The position numbers and the translations under genes are program-made. The notes beneath the pieces were generated by a model that saw nothing but the letters and a program-made list of their open reading frames with translations, did not search any database and was not told where the DNA came from. 64,000 nt of DNA. Origin: Psammoneis japonica (Eukaryota). The stretch lies in NCBI GenBank assembly GCA_008632985.1, contig QPGO01000045.1, positions 372,001-436,000 on the forward strand, given 5' to 3'. Below, in pieces: positions 51,400 to 61,600 of the stretch (positions within the stretch are counted from its first letter, which is position 1; the number at the start of each line of letters is the position of its first letter).

Positions 51400-52085
51400 G
51401 TGGCTTGTTTGCAGGTTTGCCACGGGGCTTCCGAGGCAGAGGCAAGCCCTTCTTTCTTGCGTCGATGCATGCTCTTTCATATGCTGTTCACTTCAGCATC
51501 TCGTCTGTCTCATCCTCGGACTTATAGAATACGAGGTTCTCGCATGGCACCCTCGTGTCGTCGTCTAATTCATAGATAGCAAGCATTTCCTTCGCATTCA
51601 TGATACCGAAATCCATTCCGGGCTCAAGGATTGAGTGAAATTTTGTTACTCCTCGGAATCCAAACGAAAGATTCGAAATACCACCGCTAACCTTTACGTA
51701 CGGACACTGTTCCTTGATGGTCTTTGTTGCGTTAGCAAAGTCGACCCTTACAGTAGTTGGCGTGTTCCTCCGTGCCGGTGCCAATTGTCAATACATTCGG
51801 ATCAAACACAATATCATCTGGAGGGTAACCCTTTTCATTTACAAGAGTGTCGTACGAGCGCTTGCATATCCAAACCTTGTCCTCCTCGGTCGCTGCTTGT
51901 CCTTTTTCGTCAAACGCCATGACTACTACTGCAGCACCGTGTTTCTTCAACAATATTGCTTGTTCCTTGAACAACTCTTCTCTGACATTGAGAGAGATGG
52001 AGTTCACAATACACTTGCCCTGGCACCACTTTAGTCCAGCCAAAACAATTTCGAATTTGGACGAATCCAACACAAATGGAACTTT
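51400..52085 (-). pseudogene. METH: Cobalamin-dependent methionine synthase, pterin-binding-domain fragment
   Basis: [32 protein letters not shown]...[18 protein letters not shown]...[21 protein letters not shown] | VDFANAT...VSGGISNLSFGFRG...GMDFGIMNA. It has a frameshift, an internal deletion after GFRGVTK and a stop, and both ends are missing. Confidence 0.92.
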
Positions 52086-52639
52086 CCACGATGAGTCACC
52101 GCTGGATTTGGTTCGTTGTCGATACGAATAACTGCTGACTTGACTCTTGGGACTGGCTTGACCATCCTCGACGTAGGACAGATTGGAGGGTCGAGCCGAA
52201 CTGGGTGGTGCTTGTCGTCGTTGTGGCTTGTTGGACTTTTTCAGTGGAGTCCAAAAGGAACTATCCAAATTCCTATTCTTGAAAGCAGCAGCATTCGACG
52301 ACGAACCCATGGATGTATTGACGGCAAGAGACGTGTTGGGACCCGTGCTTTTGAAATAGTTTCGTGGTCGAGTTGTCATTCTGGCATAACGATATTCAAC
52401 GGCAAAGAGGCAACACACAATCACGGTACCCTTGACAATGGCAATAATAACTCCCGTTGATAGCCACTGCTCGAGGAAGAAGAATTGTCACCATTGTTTT
52501 CAATATTGTTTGTTCGTCTTGTGTCACAACGGAAATGACGGTGGAAAAGTTATCATTGCCCGATTGCTGTAAGAGCGAAATAGAGGCTGGACTTTGCACG
52601 GAAAATACATTTCGTAGAGACTACTGTAATACAAACCCT

Positions 52640-53990
52640 CGGATGTTACTCAAGTAAGGATGAATATGGTCCTTGGAATACTCGATATAGTCCCTCAACA
52701 GTTCTTGTGTGAGCGGAGGCCGTACGACCGAAGGAGTTTCGTAGTACAATCCAACAAGGTGCCGAGCCAAACGCCGGTCATGTTCCACGTTGGGAGAATC
52801 CATGACCAAGTGCTATAAATCAAATCAAGCGTGGACAGCAGCGTTGGCGGTAGTTGAATGTTATCCACCACAGGGATTGTACCTGGACGAGGTAGGGTTG
52901 GTTCTCCGACGCCAAAATAGAAGTCCTTGCGTGGAGCGTGGCAATAATACCAGCTTTGGCAATGCTGACGGTCTGTTGCTCCATGGCTTCATGAAGTACG
53001 TACCGAGCTTGTCGAATCCGACATTTTTTGTCAAACTCATCAATACAGCAGACACCAAAATCGCTAAGAACTAGAGCGCCGCTTTCCAAGACTAAATCCC
53101 TCGTCTTGACATCACGCATGACAGAAGCTGCCAAACCCACGGCGGAGGGGCCTTTACCAGACGTATAAATCCCTTGAGGTAAAATCTTGTGGACAAAGCC
53201 AAGCAACTGCGACACCACAGAGCAACATATTAGGTCCTAATGTCGCCACGCTTGACTAGAGAGCCGTATTGATCTTGGACGTCTTCTGGTTATCATCGTC
53301 GCTGCAAATGACTTGGCCCTGCTTTTACTTTACTCGTACGTGGTTACCACCAAAGAGTATGCAAAGAATACCACGCTTTGGGTCAAGAAGTTGTCAATCA
53401 AAAATGTCCGGCTCTTGCGACAATTTCGTGAGCTCTTCAACACGTTCTGGAGTGAAGCGAGACGCACGCTACGGTAGGCCACCACTGTGCGTCTCGTCGT
53501 TGGCATTTACACGCCTGAAATGAATCACCTCGATATTGTATTGTATACAGAATCGACCTTGCTAATCTTGGGGTTTACTCGTCGTGGTTGGGCTTGTAGC
53601 ACCCCTGTGATTACAATACGGCCGCCCGGCTGAACCTGATTGACCAAATCGTCAAAGAGAAAGGAGAGAATCGAAGCCGGTGTTTGTCCAGCTGGCACTT
53701 GATTGGGTGTCTCTTGAATACGAAGAGCTTGCTTATCAGAAAGACGCACCGATTGCGTACAAGAGCAAAGGAGTTACGGCAGCTACAGACACGGCAAAGC
53801 GCTCAACATTGCCACAAACGCTGCATCCAAAGTGCGCCACCTTGAAATAATGGATGATCGGCGAGCTTCTTACCAAGAAACCTTGAATACTTAGAGGCGA
53901 GTCCAGTTGATGGGGTGGGTACAGTCTTCTCAGATGCGACAACTCCTTGAGATGAAACGGACGGACTTGAATGTTAAAAGATAGCAAGGT
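52640..53990 (-). pseudogene. MCM4: DNA replication licensing factor MCM4 (central part), heavily disrupted
   Basis: [50 protein letters not shown]...[41 protein letters not shown] and DRRLARHLVGLY. Many frameshifts; truncated at both ends. Confidence 0.92.
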
Positions 53991-54138
53991 CTACTCTCCT
54001 TCTTCTTCGCCGTCGTCACTATCTTGAGCACGTGCTTGACGCTCTGGCTCACGCTGCTGCTACCTGCTACAGTATTTTCCTCTCCAAAATAGCGACAGCG
54101 TGGATTGATTTGCAACGTCATGATCAGTGCCATGATCC

Positions 54139-55600
54139 ATGATGAATGATACCAATGACAATACCGTAGTACTAGTCCATGTAAAGGCGATGAGTGAACG
54201 TTTGGAGGAGAAAAAGGATCCACATAAGGAGGGTGTTGTCGACGATGTGCTTTTTGCTTGTAACTTCGTTGTGAAAGTTGCAGTGACGTTCTTATGCTCT
54301 TGTAGTTCTTGCTTTTCCGCTAACAACAGCTATATCAATCGCTTTACACCAGATGAAACGCAGATGTGGTTCAAACACAGTACGATTGTCAAACAGATGG
54401 AACTCAAGACACGAAGCATTGCTACGGCAGTTGACAATGTTGACGCGGTGGATGAATGTGATGATTCTTCTGATGACCATCCAGCGAGCGACGTAGAAAT
54501 CTACGAAAGTTTTGTACTAGCGAAACGCAAATAATTGGCTTTTTTCTCGCAAGCGATCTGTTCGGCAGGTGCCGTTGCGGAAGTGATGCATGGTCGGGAT
54601 GCCATCACAGAAGAGGAGCAGGAAGCACAACGGATTCTTGAGGTGTGCACACTCATTGTGAAGCAAGGGTTGCTTTTCCACACGGGAAGTTCCTTCTTCC
54701 ATGCCAGGCAACTGGGGTGCCATGTTTGCGCAGCACTCCTTCTGCCTGACAATTTGTCAAAATGACTTTGGTCCAAGATCAAATCAGTGGAGATCTTTTG
54801 CCTTTGCTGGCAATGGATGACAGCAGTGGCAATTCAAGCACAGAACCTGACCAGGCCACTTCAAACTGGATGGATGCGCTGGCACGACTGATTGAGCAAG
54901 TTGAGCATTCCCAGTTTTGTTGCTCCGGCTCACATGAGTGCTTTCAAGGGCGCGTTCCAGGGCAGAAGACATCATGCAATCTCGTTGTTCTTTTGAAAAA
55001 GCATGCAATGTCTCTTAAAAGTTGACACACTCAAACCAGGGGGTGGCTGACAATTGGGCTGACAACTGCACTGAACTTGTCAGAAGATTTCATGGGCACA
55101 TTTGTGCAAAAGCTTGGCGCGGACCACAAGTCCTCGTGAGTCTCAATTGGCAGCTGCAAAAGCAACTCCAACATGGTCACTCAATGAAGAAATCCCACTC
55201 ACTCCTCAAACCAGAGGATCAAATGCATTGAAAGTTGTGACATTGGCTGATTCTCAAAGAGTGCAATTTCAGATGGTTTGTTCACTCTCCGACAATGTCG
55301 CGCACAATGCTCTGTCACAAGAGCAAAGACACATGTGCAACGCTGGTTGTTTGTTGGCTGCAAGTTGATCATCAAGCCAACAATGCAAGAGCACCTGTCA
55401 CTTTGGACCTGTGGCAGCCCACCTGCAGCTGGCGGTGCTGTTCATTGCTGTCAATGACAGCCCTTGTTCACAAAGCAGTGAATCCCACTGACCCACTTTT
55501 TGAATCTGGCAGAAAAGAAAGCACATGTGTGGAACAATGTCTGCTTGGTCACCAAATGGGAGGAAAGAAAGGTGTCTGCAAGGTCATGTGGAGATGAGAG
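54139..55600 (+). pseudogene. Unidentified degraded gene that runs from normal sequence into tract E
   Basis: ORFs 54139-54534 and 54535-54765 are in the same frame, separated by one TAA, and continue into 54762-55025. TA dinucleotides vanish after ~54535. Confidence 0.4.
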
Positions 55601-58600
55601 TCTCACTCTGGGGGCATGGCATTTGGAAAATCTGTGCAGGCCAGTTTGATGGGCCCTTCAGAAATCTTTGCATTTTGGTGCAAAAACGCACACAATGAAG
55701 AGATTTGGGCTAAAAATGAAGACAGCAGCCAGCAAAATTGACTTGCACAAATCTTGCAAACAAGAGTTCTTGGTGCTGCCACTCTTTGTGGCGGTGCTGT
55801 GGGGGGACTCCACCATGAAAAGCATTGTTTCTTGCCAGCCCCATCTTTCTTTCATTTGCAGATGGTGATTGTTCTCTGGGTTGTTTGCTGTGGTCTGACT
55901 CTGTGGTCTGCACATTGCTGCTGAAGAAGGGAAGAGCCTTCAGCGGGTGAGAGAATCCACTTGGGTTGTGGCCAATGTGCCTCCTCTTCCTGTGGATCCC
56001 AGTGTGCCAGCACAGCTTGTCTGTGCACGAGACAAGTGCACAGGATGCAAGGACATGTGTGATGCTGTGACTTTAATTTTTCTTTGTGTGTGCAGCACTT
56101 TGCTGTGTGACTGAGTTGCCTTTGAGCATGCTTTTGTGAGAAAAAACTGGTGTGAGGCAGGTGGAGTGTGCTGGATGTTAAAAGGCTGCCCCACGGTCCT
56201 GATTGTGCACTCATCTCCTTGCTCTTCCCAGTGTCAATGAATCTGGCCTTTTTTCTCTTTGTTGCCAGAGAAGAAGCAACTGTCTTTTGAAAAATGAAAG
56301 CAGCACACTGTTGAGAAGAAAGATTCCCTGGTGCTGGTTGCAGCACATGAGGACGATTTGCACACGTTGTGTTGGCTGAGCAAATTCTGTGTCCCTCAGC
56401 AATGCCTTTCTCTTTGCTGAGACCAAGCCTTGTTGGGCCCTTTGTCTGAGTGAGTTGATCAAGTTGCCATTTTGTGAGCATGTGGGTGTGACATCCCCCT
56501 GGCCCTCTTTGTTGAGAACAAGACTGACATGTTGGCTCTCTTTGACTTCCTTTGACTTGTTGAATGTCAAAAATTCAAACGAGGTCTCAAGCAAAGCAGT
56601 TGATGACATTTGTGCCACAGCTGCATCCACATTGAGCACCTTGGTGAAACAAAGGTTGCTTGCAGAAGCTGTGATCACCTCAATGTCTGTCCTGCATGGT
56701 TGCAGTGCTGGCTGCAGCTTGCCTTGCTGAAGATGGGCAGGGCTCTGTGGCAATGCACAAGGACAAGGATGATGACAAACCCTCAACACATCAGCAAGAG
56801 TGCCAAGCACCAGGTTTGCACAATGCATGGTTGAGTCAAATGCAGCTGTGAATTCAAAAGAAGATGTGACCTTGAAAGCAACGCACCTGGCTCCACACAA
56901 GGCAAAAAAAATGCTCACATTGTCTTGCTTCATGGGAAGAATCAAGCTTGAACAACACAAAATGGAAGACAATGAGCTTGTTGCAGGTGCACCCAATGTG
57001 AAAATGCTCTGTGCTGCAGCCCAGCTTGACATGGTTTTGAAGATGCCACACTCTTGTTTGGGTGGCTCCAATGCTCTGAGCCAGACAGCTGTCAAAGGTG
57101 AACTTCAAGCCATTTTGTTGATGCAGAATGCTTGCAAAAATGACCCCGTGGAGGTGCTCAAGTTTGCTGGACACTTGAGTGCCAAATGGCGTGTTTGGGG
57201 AAGAACAGGAACATGGTTGTTGGCCCTCATTGGAAGCAGATGTCCTCTGCATTGAAGAAGAGGTGGCATTTGCACGGGGTCAACAAAGTGCAAGAAGAGA
57301 GCTGTTGCAGCCACAGAAAAAAGTGGCCATTGCATTGTGTGTGCCTTCAAAACAATCTTGGTTTTGTGTGGCCAATGCGGGTGTTGGCGCTGCTGCCAAT
57401 GAGGAAACTGTTGATGTTCCTGAAACTGCCAATGCAGGAGACAAGAACATGTGGATGAAAAAGCTTCCAAAATTGACAACAATGTGCCTGAGAAAGAGAA
57501 AGCAAAAGCCCTGACCAGCTTGCAAAGAAGCAAGCCTGAAAAGCAAAGGCAGTTCCTTGACGATCACAGTCTGGAGACAGCTGTGTGCATGTTCCTTTCA
57601 CAGCCACTTTTGTTCTCCAAAAAGTGCCACAAAACCACTCTCAAAGATCATTCTGCCCCTTGTGGGGGCAACTGATGCTGTGGTGTTGCTGTCTGCCTCT
57701 CCCAAATTGCAACAAGGCTGTGGTGGTGGTGTTTCTCACCAAGGTTGTGCCATTTGTGATGACTTGAGCCCTCTGGCTTTGATGGCACCATCTTGCCAGC
57801 AGAACTTGCAAAGTTTTGCATTCTGTTTTGAAGGGGTTCTCAACACCCAGAGGTGCCCTCACGGTGTGAACAAGTTGCCAAAATCCACGGGATTGGCCAA
57901 CAACCATTTTGACAGCACTGTCATTTTGGGAATCAAAGATGTTTCTGACAGCGGCTGGAGCAGGTCCAATTGGCTCTGCCTCAGGGTGTCCATTCTTAGC
58001 TTGCAAAAGATGATCAGCAATTTTGTGGTGGTTGAAGTGTGGCACCCCAGTGTGATCAAAGCAATGGCGGTCTTTTTACCTGCAACTTGTTTCCCCTCAT
58101 TTTTCTCACCTGCACAAAGGACTTGGCCCATGATGTCCCATTGCACTGAACTCAGGAATTGGCCATCATGCCCTTGGCTCACCTTGTTCAGCAGCACAAC
58201 TTTGATCACAAGCTCTGCTTGCAGGAAAAGACTGGTGCTTGTTTGAACGCTGTTGCCACAAGCACAGTTTTCATTTCTTGTCATTTGTGATCTGAAACAA
58301 AGACCCATTGGCAAGGGCTGGTGCTCATCTGCAAGACTTTGTTGGGGCTTCAGTCATGGTGTCAAGGCCTGGGGAAAGGCTCCAAGAAAAGTGACTGGCT
58401 TTGTTTCCACCCCCAGATGGGCTGAGAAAGAAGGTGGGGCCAGGCAAATCAAGAAGAGAATCAGCTTGCTGGAGTGAAACCCATTGACTCCCCAGAGCAC
58501 ATGAAAGCCAGAGGCAGAAGCAGACATGCTTTAGAGCCAGCACTTTGACTTGTGTGTCAGTGCTGAATCTCTTGTTCTTCACAGAAAGGTTTCTCAGGCA

Positions 58601-61600
58601 TGTCAAACTCACCTTTTGGAAGCACAAACCACCGGTGGCTTTGTCATTGACATTCTTCTGTTGCTTTGCCATTTCAGTGGAACACTTGTTGCATGGCACT
58701 CCCCAACCAACAACAAGCAAACACAAAAAATTTACAAAAGAAGAGTGTGCAGGCAATCAGCACCTGTTCAGTCCAGCACATGTCAAAAAATGTCAAGCAC
58801 TGGTGTGCATCACAGCAAGTGCCTCATCTTGTGCAAAACCACAGCCAACTGCATCAAAACAGCAATGACATTGCATGGCAAGCACTGCAGCTGCCATCAC
58901 AGTCCTCCACTGACATGTGCACAAAATGAGTTGCACGCAAGCAAAGATTGCTGTGCTGCACTTTCAGACTTTCTGCATCTGTTGGGAAAAGTTTCAACAA
59001 GTCAAAAAATGCAGTTGAAATGACGGTTGCTCAGATGGTGCAATGTTGCCTCAAAAGCACCATGAAAAGACAGCCCTCAAGCTTTTGTGCATTTTCAGAG
59101 TGAAAAATGTCATTAAAAATGCAAGGGTGAGGACTGCAGAGACACAACAAGAAAACTTGCAAGTCAGTTGCACGCTTGATCAGTGCTCCCTGCAAGTGAT
59201 GACTTGCTGCACCACTTCACTCGTGCAGCAGAAGAAACCCCAAACCCTGCATTCCACCACCAGCAGGATCTGCTTGACAAGCTTTTGCTGCTTCACAGAC
59301 AAACAATGCTGTCTGCTTTTCAACAGCTGTGGCCTGATGGGTCAAGCAAACAGGCAACTTCCCACAGTCAAAGACACAGGAGTGACATGGACTCCAGGCA
59401 AGAGACATGTGCTTGGTTTGCCCCGACCTCCAGACTCAACTGGCAACACCTGCATTGCACATTTCAACAATGCAAAAGCATCAAAGCAATGAGAGACAAC
59501 ACTTTGTGCTCCAGCAAAATGAGTTGTAGAACACCAAACAAGAGCAAACAATTGGGGCTGTGGGAAGGGTGAGCCATGCACCCTTGGGTGCCAAGGCATT
59601 CCAGCTTGGTGAACAACAACATCATGCCAGACAACAAGTTGTTTTTGACAAGATTTTGCTTGAGTCATGACCGTTGCTAAATTTCTCAATCACTGTCATT
59701 TTTGTGCACCTTCACAGAATTGGCACCATGGTTTTGCATGTGGAACATTCTTTGGAACTTGGCACCCAAAGTCATTGCCAATTGCTGTGCAAGCTTTACA
59801 ACAACCATCAAACTGCACAAACCATGCAGGTTGGCTTTGATGGTTCCTTCCTGGCACGGCTGCTCTAGATTTGAGTGGCAAGTGCTCACTCCAGTGAGTT
59901 GCACTCCTTCAAAACCAAAGAAAGCGATACGTTTTGAGTCATTTGTTGTTCCGACACCTGGTTTCGGCTTGACAGCTCCTCTCCACAATCCAGTCCACTC
60001 TTGTTTGAGCATTCCACAATTTTGTCCACAACTTGTGGCAATGAGCTGGGTGCATTTGGATGGGTGCTCTTGGCCAATCGTTTTCGTTTCTCACCATTGA
60101 GACTGGCAACATGCTCTGCATTCTTTTCCATGTGTGCATTGCGGCACAATTCTACGCAAGCGCCCGTGGGATTGTCCTGTGTGAGAGTGTGGTGGTGTGC
60201 CAACCTCCTCGGGCACTTTGGGATGTCAGGCAGTTGCGCCAATGACAGAGAAACCAAAAGGCATCGGAGGGGATGCTCTGTTGTGTCCACGTCCGGGGGA
60301 GCGGCGCCGCCATGGTGTCACATCTCTTTGCATTTCTTTCCCGATGTCAGCATGTTTTCTGCGTTAAATTCTGCACGATGCAGCAATTTTCAAGTCAGTC
60401 ATTTCAGTGCAAGTTTCGCGCACAATTCCACGCGTTTGGCCAGAATTTCAAGTCGACGACCGTGCAAGGTTTGTCCTCTTGTTCTTCTCACCAACATGCT
60501 TCCTTTGAGTTTTCTTTCCAACACACTGCAACATGTGATGGACATTCTACGGTGTTCCAAAGTGGGTTGTCACAAGTCTTCCAAGTGGTTCGCAGTTCCA
60601 AGTCTTGGTGTTGCTTCTTCATGCTCTTCGATGTTGCAACTTCAGCACACAATTTCTGTGCAATTCTACGCATGACGGAAATTTCATCTGACAACTCCGA
60701 TCATCATTTCCTTTTCCTTCGTTGGGGTCCGTGTTGGACTTTCTTGGGTGTTTTTCATCCCAGGAATCCCTCTCACATCTCTTCAAGCATGTCATCTTCG
60801 GAGACAGACACGAGTTTAGTTTTTCTGCAGTGTTCATTTTGGTGTCTCCCAAGTGGTGTGGCTGGGCTTGTCCATTCTTCGAGGCACAGCAACTGTGGTT
60901 GCCGTGTGACAAGCATCCGGTTGGTTGCCATTCTGACTTAAAACAAACAGCCTCTTTCTGATGATGTGTTGACGGCATTGCCTTCGGACAATGTGTCAAT
61001 GGCATTGTCTTTCTGACAACATTTGACGGTGTTCAAATTGTCCCTGCCGCCCTTTGTGGGTGCTGGGGAACGTGGGTCTGCTGTGGTCGGTGTTGGTGTG
61101 GGCGGCAGCGAGGCAGCGGCAAAACAGATTTCGAGTTTTTTTTTCATGTGCGCATCGCAACAGCCGTCAAAGCCCACATGCGGTGCATCTGTTTCAACCA
61201 TGAGTCTGTCCAGTGGTGTCAGCCCCTCTGCCAGGCAAGCCTGCACCTCGGCGCAATTGTCGCTGGACTCTCTGCAAACAAATCCAGAAATTGAGACAAA
61301 GTGCCCCCACTTGATGCGCTCACGACATTCCTCTCTCGCATTCCAGCAAAACAATGGATCAATGCTGGAACCTGCGCAGAAGCCAAGCACTCTGTTGTTT
61401 CATCAAATGCAAGCCTTTCATGAACAAACAGCAGGAGATTCAATTCAGATGCTAACTCAACTTGGGCTCGAAACCAAGGCAGTTGATTCTCAAGTGGTGG
61501 AAAGCCTTTACTTGCATCCAGACCACATTCGCCCACAGCTGCCATGGTCTCCTTGTTTTCTTGTGGCAATCTCCTTGCAATTTCCAACTTTTCATTTGCA

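Noticed and set aside
57560..58480. Cytochrome P450 remnant on the minus strand (LPGP, LLANPVDFGNLFTP)
   Set aside because: Only weak resemblance; no ExxR or heme-binding FxxGxxxC motif is recognisable after hypermutation.
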